64,000 nucleotides of DNA from an uncultured Acidimicrobiia bacterium (GCA_963836205.1 CAWIIV010000006.1:96001-160000), one strand, 5' to 3'. Shown: positions 18,987-28,694, counted from the stretch's first letter. Notes: generated by a model not told the origin, from the sequence alone. A program made the numbers and translations.

Positions 18987-19230
18987 CGGCGGTCAGATCT
19001 CCCCGGCGGGATGCGCGTACCCACTCTTTGACGTCCTCGGGGTCCCGCCAGTGCGGGTAGTCCTCGTCCTTCAGAATCCCGGCGCCATCGTGGATCGCGG
19101 CCTCCAGCTCGAGCCGTTCCAGCTTCTCCCGGGCCGCTTCCTCCAGGAATCTGCTCCGGCCCCGCTCGCCGACCCGCTCGTCGATGGCGGCGATGACCTC
19201 GTCGGCGAGGATGACGTGCGTTCGAGCCAC
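18967..19230 (-). CDS. RHH antitoxin (VapB-like)
   Basis: MARTHVILADEVIAAIDERVGERGRSRFLEEA, directly upstream of and overlapping the PIN gene. Confidence 0.8.
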   Translation of the reverse strand: MARTHVILADEVIAAIDERVGERGRSRFLEEAAREKLERLELEAAIHDGAGILKDEDYPHWRDPEDVKEWVRASRRGDLTADDLPTR

Positions 19231-19341
19231 CGAACCTACCTTCGTCCCACTGCTCGTCCCACTGTACCGGGTGGGGTGTGCGCCGAAACGGTGGAAGCCG
19301 ACCCGGAGGCCGGCTTCCTGTGCGTGACGCGGGGGTTGTGC

Positions 19342-19416
19342 TGGAGCGGACGACGGGATTCGAACCCGCGACCCCAACCTTGGCAAGGTTGTGCTCTACC
19401 ACTGAGCCACGTCCGC
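19342..19416 (-). tRNA. tRNA-Gly(GCC)
   Basis: GCGGACG acceptor stem, AACCT-TGCCAAG-GTT anticodon region, GGTTCGAATCC, encoded CCA. Confidence 0.98.
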
Positions 19417-19491
19417 GTTCGGCCTCAGCCTACCAAACGGGGTCCGGTGGTGGCACCCCCCGACGAGGGGAACCGGGGCCGGCCTAAGTGG

Positions 19492-19538
19492 TCGAGTGTG
19501 CGAAAACCTACGAAACGTGTCGGTTCTTGCACACTCGA
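19492..19538. repeat. REP-like imperfect palindrome
   Basis: TCGAGTGTGC...GCACACTCGA arms, just downstream of dut. Confidence 0.55.
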
Positions 19539-19546
19539 TCGCCCGC

Positions 19547-19984
19547 CTACCGGCCGGTGTGGCCGAAACCGCCTTCGCCCCGGTCCGATGGCGGCAGGTC
19601 GGCGACCTCGACGAACGAGGCCGCCTCCACCCGTTGGACGACGAGCTGGGCGATCCGGTCGCCCCGGCGGACGACGTAGTCGCCGGTGCGGTCGGTGTTC
19701 ACCAGGGCCACCCGTAGCTCGCCCCGGTACCCGCAGTCGACCAGGCCGGGGGCGTTGAGGACGGTGACACCGTGGGCCACCGCCAGCCCGCTCCGGGGGA
19801 GGACGAAGCCGGCGTACCCCTCGGGGATGGCCACCGCCACACCAGTCGGCACCACCGCCCGCCCGCCACCGGCGGCCAGCAGCACGTCCTCCCGCGCCAC
19901 CAGGTCGGCACCCGCGTCGCCGGCGCGGGCGTAGGCGGGTGGGGTGAGGTCGGGGTCGAGGCGGACCATCGGGATCTCGATCAT
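19547..19984 (-). CDS. dut: dUTP diphosphatase
   Basis: GDAGADL, PRSGLA, NAPGLVDCGYRGE, RIAQL, RGEGGFGHTG. Confidence 0.97.
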   Translation of the reverse strand: MIEIPMVRLDPDLTPPAYARAGDAGADLVAREDVLLAAGGGRAVVPTGVAVAIPEGYAGFVLPRSGLAVAHGVTVLNAPGLVDCGYRGELRVALVNTDRTGDYVVRRGDRIAQLVVQRVEAASFVEVADLPPSDRGEGGFGHTGR

Positions 19985-20021
19985 CGGGGACCAATCACAG
20001 ACACAGCCTACGATCGCCTCC

Positions 20022-20609
20022 ATGCTGGCCTGGATCGACCTGGAGATGACCGGGCTCGACCCGTCGACCGAGGTGATCGTCGAGATCGCCGTCCTGCTCA
20101 CCGACGACGACCTGGAGATCGTGGCCGAGGGTCCCGATCTGGTCGTCTTCCAGCCGGCGGAGAAGCTGGCGGCCATGGCCGACGTCGTCCAGCGCATGCA
20201 CCAGACGAGCGGGCTGACGGCGGCGGTGGCGGCGTCGACCACGTCGTTGGAGGACGCCGGGCGCCAGGTGCTCGACTTCCTCCGCCGGCACATCCCCCAG
20301 CCGGGGACGGTGCCGCTGTGCGGGAACTCCATCGGCACCGACCGGCGCTTCCTGGCCGCCTACCTGCCCGAGCTCGACCGCTTCTTCCACTACCGGTCGA
20401 TCGACGTGTCGACGGTGAAGGAGCTGTGCCGGCGGTGGTACCCCGACGCCTACGGGGCGGCACCGGCCAAGGCCAGCCACCACCGGGCCCTGGATGACAT
20501 CCGGGAGAGCGTCAAGGAGCTGCGCCATTACCGGGAGACGATCTTCCTGCCCCGGCCCGCTCCTGACCCGACCCCCGACCCCGGTCCCGGTCCCGACCCC
20601 ACGCCGTGA
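20022..20609 (+). CDS. orn: Oligoribonuclease
   Basis: WIDLEMTGLD, GNSIGTDRRFL, HYRSIDVSTVKEL, HRALDDIRES. Confidence 0.97.
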   Translation: MLAWIDLEMTGLDPSTEVIVEIAVLLTDDDLEIVAEGPDLVVFQPAEKLAAMADVVQRMHQTSGLTAAVAASTTSLEDAGRQVLDFLRRHIPQPGTVPLCGNSIGTDRRFLAAYLPELDRFFHYRSIDVSTVKELCRRWYPDAYGAAPAKASHHRALDDIRESVKELRHYRETIFLPRPAPDPTPDPGPGPDPTP

Positions 20610-21370
20610 GGCGCTGGGCCTACCTCGACCACCCGGGGCCGCTGGCCTTCGCCCACCGGGGCGGCGCCGGCGAGGGCCCCGAGAACACGATGCTGTCGTT
20701 CGAGCGGGCGCTTCGCCTCGGGTACCGGTACCTGGAGACCGACGTGCGGACGACGTCCGACGGGGTGCTGCTCGCCTTCCACGACGACGTCCTCGACCGG
20801 GTCACCGACCGGTCGGGGAAGGTGTGCGAGCTGCCCTGGTCGGAGGTGGGCCACGCCCGCATCGACGGCCAGCCCATCCCCCGCCTGGAGGAGGTGCTGG
20901 CCGCCTGGCCCGACGCCCGGGTGAACATCGACGTCAAGGACGACGCCGGGGTCGGGCCCCTGGTCGACGTCATCGAGCGGGCCGGCGCCCACGACCGGGT
21001 GTGCATCGCCTCCTTCTCCGACGCCCGGCTGCGGCGCTTCCGGAGCCTGACCGGCGCCCGGGTGTGCACGGCCATGGGCCCGAGGATGATCGCCCGCCTT
21101 CGGGGCGCCAGCTACCGGGCACCGACGTGGCCGTTCGCCGCCGGCTGCGTCCAGGTGCCGCTCTACCACGGACGTCTCCGCATCGTCGACAGCCGATTCG
21201 TGGCCGCTGCCCACCGGCGCGGGCTCCACGTGCACGTGTGGACGATCGACGACCCCTCGGAGATGGACCGCCTCCTCGACCTGGGCGTCGACGGCATCAT
21301 GACCGACCGCCTGACGACCCTCCGGGACGTGCTCGAACGCCGGGGGCAGTGGGTGGGCGGCGGGGGGTGA
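20606..21370 (+). CDS. Glycerophosphodiester phosphodiesterase
   Basis: FAHRGG..PENT, LETDV, FHD, WTID, GIMTD. Confidence 0.92.
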   Translation: MRRWAYLDHPGPLAFAHRGGAGEGPENTMLSFERALRLGYRYLETDVRTTSDGVLLAFHDDVLDRVTDRSGKVCELPWSEVGHARIDGQPIPRLEEVLAAWPDARVNIDVKDDAGVGPLVDVIERAGAHDRVCIASFSDARLRRFRSLTGARVCTAMGPRMIARLRGASYRAPTWPFAAGCVQVPLYHGRLRIVDSRFVAAAHRRGLHVHVWTIDDPSEMDRLLDLGVDGIMTDRLTTLRDVLERRGQWVGGGG

Positions 21371-21415
21371 GCGGCGGGACGTGACCGTCGCAGCCTCTCG
21401 GTAGCCTCCCTGGAG

Positions 21416-24013
21416 ATGGACCTCACCGGCGAGCAACGGCGGATCGTCGACCACGCTGGCGGACGCCTGCGGGTCGTCGGCGGCGCCGGCACCGGAAAGA
21501 CGACGGCCCTGATCGCCCGCTACCTGCGTCTCGTCGGCGACCGCGGCGGGGCCCGGCCGTCGTCGGTGCTGGTCCTCTGCCGCACCCGGGCCGCCGCCGA
21601 CCGCATGCGAGACACAGTCCTCCCCCACCTGGCCGGGGGCTTCGACGCCCTGCCGATCACCACCTTCTTCGGCCTCGCCTACGACCTTGTCAGCCGCCAC
21701 TCCGGCCCCGTCACCCTGGTCACCGGGGCCGAGCAGCGCCACGCGGTAGCCCGGCTGCTGGCCGCCGAGGACCCGTCCGACTGGCCGACGTTGGGGCACC
21801 TCCTGCGGCGGGCCGCGTTCGCAGGCGAGGTGGCCGACGGACTCTTGCACCAGCATCAGCACTCCCACTCGGAGCTGGCCGCCTTTGCCCGGCGCTACCG
21901 GGAGGCGTTGGCGGCCGATGACCGGGTCGACGCGTCCGGCCTCCTGGCCCAGGCCGCCGACCTGCTCGCCGACCCGGCGGTGGCGGCGGCCACCCGGGCC
22001 CGCGCCGAGCACGTCCTGGTCGACGACTTCGAGGCGGCCACCGTCGCCATGGCCACGATCCTCGACCGGCTGGGCGCCACCGACGTGGTGGTGGCGGGCG
22101 ATCCCGAGGGCGCCGCCGGCGGGTTCCCCGGTGCCGACCGACGGCTCCTGGCCGACTTCCCGGCCGACACCGAGGTCGATCTCGGCGACCTCTCGTTCCG
22201 CCACCCCGGCGGCCCGCCCCTCCTCATCGCCACCCGCCACCCGTCGATCGAGCCCGAGGCGGTGGCGGGCGAGCTGCTGGCGGCCCATGCGGGCGGGGTG
22301 GCGTGGTCCGACATGGCCGTCCTCGTCCGCCGCCCCCGCCACCGGGCCCCCGCCATCGCCCGCGCCCTCGCCCGCCACAGCATCCCGGCCCGGGCGCCGA
22401 CCCTGGTGGCCGCGGCCGCGGTGGCCGACGACCCGGTCGTCGGGAGCGTCGTCGACATGCTCCGGTGGGTCGACGGTGACGAGTCGGCCCTCGACCGGCT
22501 GCTCGTGTCACCTCTGTCCGCCCTCGACGCGGTCGAGGCCCGCCGGGTCCGGCTGCGGGCCCGGGCCGGCGAGACGGCTCTCATCGACGACGCTTGCCTC
22601 GCGCCCCTCGTCTCCCTCCGCGACCTCCTGGCCGCCCGAGCCGCCATCGCCACCCCGGCCGACCTGGCCTTCCAGGTCTGGCAGCGGGCGCTGGGCCACC
22701 TGGTCGACGCCGACGATGCCGTCCTCGACGGGCTGGTCGCCTTCCTCGACGCCCTCCAGCGGGAGGCCGACCGCAACCCCCACCACCGGCTGGCCGAGAT
22801 GCTCGCCGTCCTCGACGACGAGGGTGTCGCCGCCGACCCCTGGCGGGTCGACTCGGCCGCCGCCACCGCCGCCGACGCGGTGACGGTCACATCAATCCTG
22901 GCGGCCGCGGGGCGGGAGTGGCACACGGTGGTGCTCGCCGGCTGCGTCGAGGGTGAGCTTCCGTCCCTCCGGAGCCGGGGCCGGCTGTTCGGGGGCGGCG
23001 ACGCCGACCTGGCCGAGGAGCGGCGGCTGTTCGCCCTCGCCTGTTCCCGGGCCACCACCCGCCTGGTCGCCACCGCCGGTCCCGAGCCGGGCGTCCTCCT
23101 GAGCCGGTTCGTCGAGGGGTGGGAGACGGCGCCGGTGCGCATTCCCGCTCCACCAGGGCAGGCGCCCGCCTTCCGCCGGCCCACGGAGAACCCCCGGCCG
23201 ATCGTCGTCGACACCGGACTGGCCCTGTCGGCCACCCAGCTCGACACCTACGACGACTGCCCTTTGCGCTACGCCTACCGCTACGTCCTGCGGGTGCGCG
23301 ACGCGGGCGGGGTGCGGGCCGACCTGGGCACGCTCGTGCACGAGGTGCTGGCCCGTTTCCTCGACCCGGAGACGGCGGGCGACCGGCCCCATACCCAGCA
23401 GACCCTCATGGCGATGGCGGAGGAGATGTGGCGCCACGACATCGCCCGCTACCGACCCCAGGTCGACGAGGCCCGCCGCGACTTCTTCGCCATGCTCGAG
23501 ACGTGGTGGCAGTTCGAGGGCCAGAGCGAGCTGGCGCCCGACGTGCTGGCCGTCGAGCGCGGCTTCGACATCGCGGTCGCCAGTAGTGACGGATGCAGCC
23601 ATCGGCTGCGGGGCTCGATCGACCGCATCGACCGGGTGGAGCGGGCCGACGGCAGCCCCGGCCTGCGCATCGTCGACTACAAGACGGGCAGGAAGGAGCC
23701 CCGTCCGGGGGAGATCGACGACAACATCCAGCTCGCCGTCTACCACCTGGCCGCCACCCGCGACCCCGCCCTGGCCGCCCACGGCCCCGTCACCCAGCTC
23801 CGCCTCCTCTTCCTCCGCACCATGCACGCCTACGACCAGGAGGTCACCGCCGGCCACGCCGAGTCCACCGAGGCCAGGGTGCTCGACGTGGCCGGGCGCA
23901 TCCGGGCCGAGGACTTCGAGCCGTCGGTCGACGCCACCTGCCGGTGGTGCTCGTTCCAGCGGCTGTGTCCGATCCAACCCGAGGGCCGCCAGGTGGAGTC
24001 GTCGTGGCCCTGA
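21416..24013 (+). CDS. adnA: AdnA-like UvrD helicase / PD-(D/E)xK nuclease
   Basis: GGAGTGKT, degenerate DDFE, EERRLF, IDRID, VDYKTG, C...CxxCxxxxxC. Confidence 0.85.
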   Translation: MDLTGEQRRIVDHAGGRLRVVGGAGTGKTTALIARYLRLVGDRGGARPSSVLVLCRTRAAADRMRDTVLPHLAGGFDALPITTFFGLAYDLVSRHSGPVTLVTGAEQRHAVARLLAAEDPSDWPTLGHLLRRAAFAGEVADGLLHQHQHSHSELAAFARRYREALAADDRVDASGLLAQAADLLADPAVAAATRARAEHVLVDDFEAATVAMATILDRLGATDVVVAGDPEGAAGGFPGADRRLLADFPADTEVDLGDLSFRHPGGPPLLIATRHPSIEPEAVAGELLAAHAGGVAWSDMAVLVRRPRHRAPAIARALARHSIPARAPTLVAAAAVADDPVVGSVVDMLRWVDGDESALDRLLVSPLSALDAVEARRVRLRARAGETALIDDACLAPLVSLRDLLAARAAIATPADLAFQVWQRALGHLVDADDAVLDGLVAFLDALQREADRNPHHRLAEMLAVLDDEGVAADPWRVDSAAATAADAVTVTSILAAAGREWHTVVLAGCVEGELPSLRSRGRLFGGGDADLAEERRLFALACSRATTRLVATAGPEPGVLLSRFVEGWETAPVRIPAPPGQAPAFRRPTENPRPIVVDTGLALSATQLDTYDDCPLRYAYRYVLRVRDAGGVRADLGTLVHEVLARFLDPETAGDRPHTQQTLMAMAEEMWRHDIARYRPQVDEARRDFFAMLETWWQFEGQSELAPDVLAVERGFDIAVASSDGCSHRLRGSIDRIDRVERADGSPGLRIVDYKTGRKEPRPGEIDDNIQLAVYHLAATRDPALAAHGPVTQLRLLFLRTMHAYDQEVTAGHAESTEARVLDVAGRIRAEDFEPSVDATCRWCSFQRLCPIQPEGRQVESSWP

Positions 24014-27000
24014 TCCCGACGCCCGAGCAGCGGGACGCCATCGAGGCACCGCTGGAAGCCCAGCTCCTCGTGGCCGGGGCGGGCGCGGGCAAGACCACGG
24101 TGATGGCCCAGCGCATCCTCCATCTGGTCGGGTCGGGCCAGGTGCGGGCCGACCAGGTCCTCGGCCTCACGTTCACCAACAAGGCGGCCCAGCACCTCAA
24201 GGAGGCGGTGCGCAAGGCCCTCGGCCCCGACGCCGACGTCACCATCGCCACCTACCACTCCTTCGGCGCCTCCCTGGTGGCCGACCACGGCCTGGAGCTC
24301 GACCTCTCGCCCGGCACCCAGGTCCTCAACCGGGCCCAGTCGTGGCAGCTGCTCTTCGCCGTGTTCGACGAGTTCCGCTTCGACCGGCGCAGCACCCTGT
24401 CCCCCGAGTTCGTCCTCAACGACGCCCTCGCCCTCGCCTCGCGGTGCGCCGACCACCTGGTGCCGATCAGCAGGGTCGAGGCCGACAGCCGCCAGGTGAT
24501 GGAGACGGGCCGGTGGAAGACGATGCGCGACACGGCCGCGTCCCGGCTGGAGCTGTGCCAGGTGGTGGCCGCCTACGAGCGCCGCAAGCAGGAGCGCAAC
24601 CTCCTCGACTTCGGCGACCAGGTGGGGCTGGCCGTCCGCCTCCTCACCGACCACCCGGACGTGGCGGACGAGGTGCGCCGGCGGCACCCGGTGGTGCTGC
24701 TCGACGAGTACCAGGACACCAACTTCGCCCAGCGCCGCCTGCTCCAGCTCCTCTATCCGCCGGGGTCGGCGGTCACCGCGGTGGGTGACGACATGCAGTC
24801 GATCTACGCCTTCCGGGGCGCCCACCTGGTCAACATCCTGCACTTCAAGGACCACTTCCCCCCGGTGACGGTGCGCCAGCTGCAGACCACGTTCCGGTTC
24901 GGTGCCGGCCTGGGCACCCTGGCCAACCGCATCCAGGACCAGGTCGGCGAGAGTCTGAAGAAGGTCCTCACGCCCCGCCCCGACGCTCCCGACACCGTCA
25001 TCGAGTGCTTCCTGGCCGCCGACGACGCCGAGGAGGCGGCGGCCATCGCCGCCGATCTCGCCACCCGGGGCGGGCCGTGGGCGGAGGTGGCCGTGCTGTG
25101 CCGCAAGCGGCGGCTGATCCAGCCGATCGTCGCCGCCCTCGAGGAACGCCGGGTGCCGGTGGAGGCGGTGGGCACCAGCGGGCTGCTCGACCGGCCCGAG
25201 GTGGTCGACGTGGTCGCCTGGCTGGAGGTGTTGGCCGACCCGTCGACATCGGTGGCCCTCCTCCGCCTGCTGGCCGGCCCCCGGAACCGGATCGGGCTCC
25301 GCGATCTCGCCGCCCTGTCCCGCCACAGCCGCGACCTGGGCCGCTACGACGACACCGCCCAGGCCGAGCTCGAAGCGGCGGCCGCCTCGTCCTCGGTCGA
25401 CGACGAGGCACCGGCCCTGGCCTCGCTCCCGGTCGTGGAGGCGATCCTGGCCGACGCGTTGGCCGATCTCGACGGCGTGGCCGACCTGTCGGCCGAAGCC
25501 CGCTCCCGCCTGGCCGCCTTCGACCGGGAGCGACACCTCCTGGCCGACCAGGCCCGGCGCCTCCCCGTGCTCGGCCTGGTGGAGGCGATCCTGGCCCGTA
25601 CCGGCCTGTGGCAGGCGGCCGGGGTGCTCGGGCGCCAGAACCTGCTGCGCTTCCTCGACCTGGCCGAACGCTTCCGCCCGGTGGAGGGCGACCCCGGCCT
25701 GGCCGCCTTCGTCGAGTACCTCCACCTCCTCGACGACTCCGAGGAGGACGTGGCCGAGGCCCACCTGGGCGACACCGACGCGGTCCGGGTCATGACCATC
25801 CACCAGGCGAAGGGCCTCGAGTTCGACACGGTGTACGTGCCCGGGATGGCGGGCGCCCGGGGGTCGTCGCGGATCTTTCCCGACGGCCGCCCGGGCGAGA
25901 ACGCCCTGGGGAACTCGTCGGCCCTGCCCTGGTGGCTGCGGGAGGACGACGAGGGCTTCCCGCCGGTCGCCACCGCCCGCATGCAGGACATCGACGACGT
26001 GATCCGCCGGCGCAAGCTCGACGAGGAGTGGCGCCTGCTGTACGTGGCCTGCACCCGGGCCAAGCGGCGGCTGGTGTGCTCGGCCGCCCACTGGTACCCG
26101 GGGGCTGCCGAGCCCCAGGGCCCGTCCGATTTCTACGACTTCGTGGCCGGCCAGACCGACATCGTGCGGGAGTGGTTCCGCCACCAGCCGGCCACCGTCG
26201 ACCCCGAGGTGGCGGCCAAGGAACGGTTCCGGGCGGCGGCCGCCCGCCGGTACCCTGATCCGGTGGCGTCCGAGCTCGCAGGCCAGCTCCGCCTCGATTC
26301 GGTGCTGGCCGACCCTCCCGAGGCGGTTGCCCCCGCTCGCCGGCAGGCGCCCACCGCCCTGTCGGTCACCGGCCTGGTCACCTACGCCCGCTGCCCGAAG
26401 CAGTTCTACTGGAGCGTGGTGCGGCCCCTCCCCCGCCGTTCGACGCCCGCGGCCCGGCTCGGCACCGAAGTCCACCGCTGGATCGAGCAGCGGGCCGGCC
26501 GTCAGCTGCAACTCATCGAACCCGATGCCCCCCGGTCGACAGCCGGTACACCCGACGTCGTCGCCCGCCTGAAGGAGTCGTTCCTGGCCAGCCCGTGGGC
26601 CGACCTCGACCCGGTGCGGGTGGAGGCACCGTTCGTCCTCGCCCTGGGCGCCCACGTGGTGCGGGGCCGGGTCGACGCCGTCTACAAGCGCGACGACCGC
26701 CTGGAGCTGGTCGACTTCAAGACCGGGCGCCCCCACGCCGGCGGCGACGGGGCCGCCGAGGTCCAGCTCGACCTCTACGGCCTGGCCGCCCTCCAGACCT
26801 GGTCGGCCGAACCCGACCGCCTGCGCACCACCTACTGCTGGCTGCGCACCGACGGCCCCCCGGTCGTCGAGAGTTCCGACTGGGACGAGGCGGCGGTCGA
26901 ACGGGTGCGAACCCGGGTGGCCCGCACCCTCGACGCCCTGGCCGCCGGCCGGTGGGCCCCGGCGCCTGGACGGTGGTGCATCGGCTGCGACTTCCGGTCC

Positions 27001-27036
27001 GTATGTCCGGAAGGCTCCGCGGTCGTCGGGGAATAG
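24004..27036 (+). CDS. adnB: AdnB-like UvrD helicase / PD-(D/E)xK nuclease
   Basis: AGAGAGKT, TFTNKAA, DEYQDT, VGDDMQSIYAFRGA, TIHQAKGLEF, VDFKTG; GTG start overlaps adnA end. Confidence 0.88.
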   Translation: MALIPTPEQRDAIEAPLEAQLLVAGAGAGKTTVMAQRILHLVGSGQVRADQVLGLTFTNKAAQHLKEAVRKALGPDADVTIATYHSFGASLVADHGLELDLSPGTQVLNRAQSWQLLFAVFDEFRFDRRSTLSPEFVLNDALALASRCADHLVPISRVEADSRQVMETGRWKTMRDTAASRLELCQVVAAYERRKQERNLLDFGDQVGLAVRLLTDHPDVADEVRRRHPVVLLDEYQDTNFAQRRLLQLLYPPGSAVTAVGDDMQSIYAFRGAHLVNILHFKDHFPPVTVRQLQTTFRFGAGLGTLANRIQDQVGESLKKVLTPRPDAPDTVIECFLAADDAEEAAAIAADLATRGGPWAEVAVLCRKRRLIQPIVAALEERRVPVEAVGTSGLLDRPEVVDVVAWLEVLADPSTSVALLRLLAGPRNRIGLRDLAALSRHSRDLGRYDDTAQAELEAAAASSSVDDEAPALASLPVVEAILADALADLDGVADLSAEARSRLAAFDRERHLLADQARRLPVLGLVEAILARTGLWQAAGVLGRQNLLRFLDLAERFRPVEGDPGLAAFVEYLHLLDDSEEDVAEAHLGDTDAVRVMTIHQAKGLEFDTVYVPGMAGARGSSRIFPDGRPGENALGNSSALPWWLREDDEGFPPVATARMQDIDDVIRRRKLDEEWRLLYVACTRAKRRLVCSAAHWYPGAAEPQGPSDFYDFVAGQTDIVREWFRHQPATVDPEVAAKERFRAAAARRYPDPVASELAGQLRLDSVLADPPEAVAPARRQAPTALSVTGLVTYARCPKQFYWSVVRPLPRRSTPAARLGTEVHRWIEQRAGRQLQLIEPDAPRSTAGTPDVVARLKESFLASPWADLDPVRVEAPFVLALGAHVVRGRVDAVYKRDDRLELVDFKTGRPHAGGDGAAEVQLDLYGLAALQTWSAEPDRLRTTYCWLRTDGPPVVESSDWDEAAVERVRTRVARTLDALAAGRWAPAPGRWCIGCDFRSVCPEGSAVVGE

Positions 27037-27105
27037 TTGAACGTGCAACAACCTTGGGATAGTCTAGAACGGTAGACGGACGATCAAGCTCTAGGGGGCA
27101 TCAAC

Positions 27106-27663
27106 ATGACGGTCAGCACTCCCACCACAGAACTCCTGCCCACCGGCACCTGGAACATCGATCCGACGCACTCCAGCGTCGAGTTCTCCGTGCGCCACCT
27201 GATGATCGCCAAGGTCAAGGGCAGGTTCCAGACGTTCTCCGGCTCGGTCACCATCCCCGAAGACCCTTTCCAGGCGTCGATGCAGGTCACCATCGACCCC
27301 AACTCGATCGACACCCGCGATGCCAACCGCGACAACCATCTGCGGTCGGCCGACTTCTTCGAGGTCGAGAAGTACCCAACGGCGGAGTACGTCTCGAGTT
27401 CGGTCCGAGCCGACGGCGACGGCTACGTGGTCGACGGCCAGCTCACCCTCCACGGCGTCACCCACCCGGTGGCACTCGACCTGGAGTTCAACGGCACCGG
27501 CGGCGACCCGTGGGGCAACACCCGGGCCGGGTTCACCGCCACCACCGAGATCAACCGGCGCGACTTCGGCATCGACATCACCATGCCGCTGGAGACCGGC
27601 GGCGTGGTCGTGGGCGACAAGATCAAGCTCACCATCGAGGTCGAGCTGGTCCTCGCCAAGTAA
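27106..27663 (+). CDS. YceI-family protein
   Basis: WNIDPTHSSVEFSVRH, RDNHLRSADFF, INRRDFG. Confidence 0.95.
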   Translation: MTVSTPTTELLPTGTWNIDPTHSSVEFSVRHLMIAKVKGRFQTFSGSVTIPEDPFQASMQVTIDPNSIDTRDANRDNHLRSADFFEVEKYPTAEYVSSSVRADGDGYVVDGQLTLHGVTHPVALDLEFNGTGGDPWGNTRAGFTATTEINRRDFGIDITMPLETGGVVVGDKIKLTIEVELVLAK

Positions 27664-27717
27664 GAGAGGTTCACGCACCGCGAGTCGGAGGCCGACCGGG
27701 ACGTTCGCCGGCCGGCC

Positions 27718-28052
27718 TCAGTCGCTCGGGTCGTCACCGATCAGATCCCAATACTCCTCGTCGACCTCGAGATCGATCGTCTCGACGGCATCGTCGCTGA
27801 CCAGGACGGCGTAGATCACGAGGGCTGGGATGCGCGGCACCGCGTGGGTCATCACATAGCGGATGGCAGGCTCTTCGGCGATCGCGACCGGCAGATCATC
27901 GAACTGGCGTGAGAACTGAATCTCGGCGGCTCGGAGGATCAGCTTCCCGAAAAGCTCGAAGGAACGCTCGTCCGGTGGGTGGAACCGCCGGGCGGGAACA
28001 TCGAGCGGGCCTTGGCCAGGAACTCGGGGGAGTGCCGGACGCTGCGCCGCAC
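27718..28052 (-). CDS. Putative toxin downstream of Panacea antitoxin (frameshift near 27975)
   Basis: GTG overlaps upstream TAG; MRRSVRHSPEFLAKARSMFPPGG...SFELF...IPALVIYAVLVSDDAVETIDLEVD. Confidence 0.55.
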
Positions 28053-28589
28053 TACAACGGGGAGCGCTCTGCTGCGATGTCTCTGACCCGTCGGCGGACG
28101 CGCTCGGTGACGACGGGTCGACGGAGAAAGGCGGTCTCGTACGGGATCGACTCGTTCTCTTCCACCATCTGCCAGCCGGGCTCGAGATGCGACGCCGCGC
28201 TCGCGTCTGCACCGCTCCGTGCCTTCTCGACCGTGATGGCCTGATCAAGCATGGCCAGCTCGGTGGCTGACAGCCGGTTGACGTCGGGCGCCCGGAGCGG
28301 AAGCAGGCGCTTGACGGTGCGGCCGAGATACAGCTCCTCGCTCATCCGCGCCGCACCCGACTCGATGAGGGCGGCGCGTACCCGGAAGCAGACGGCGCGG
28401 CGCGGGACCGTGAGCCAGCTTCTGATAGTCGGCACCCGTGATCGGCTGGCCGTACGCCCGCATGTGGCCGAAGTCGGCGTTGAAGAGGGCCTTGTTGATC
28501 TTAACGGCGCCACCGGCAGGGTCATCTTGCAGACCGGCTGCGACGTACAGCAGGGCCTCCGCGAACTTCCGCTCGTCATAACCGTCCAT
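28052..28589 (-). CDS. Panacea (DUF4065/SocA-like) antitoxin, frameshift near 28380
   Basis: LLYVA, VKINKALFNADF, GQPITGADYQKLAHGPAP, SH.EPGW, IPYE. Confidence 0.85.
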
Positions 28590-28663
28590 GCGGGCCTACC
28601 TCCTGCCCTTGGCCTGGGGCCTCTTGCTGGGCATCGCACACCCGTCCGGATAGCACGACGATG

Positions 28664-28694
28664 CGAACGTGTGTTTGGTCTGGGTTCGCGTCAA
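28664..28694 (-). promoter_or_regulatory. Promoter (-35 TTGACG, 17 nt, -10 CACGTT) overlapped by a LexA/SOS box
   Basis: CGAAC-GTGT-GTTTG at 28664-28677, one mismatch to CGAAC-N4-GTTCG. Confidence 0.55.
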
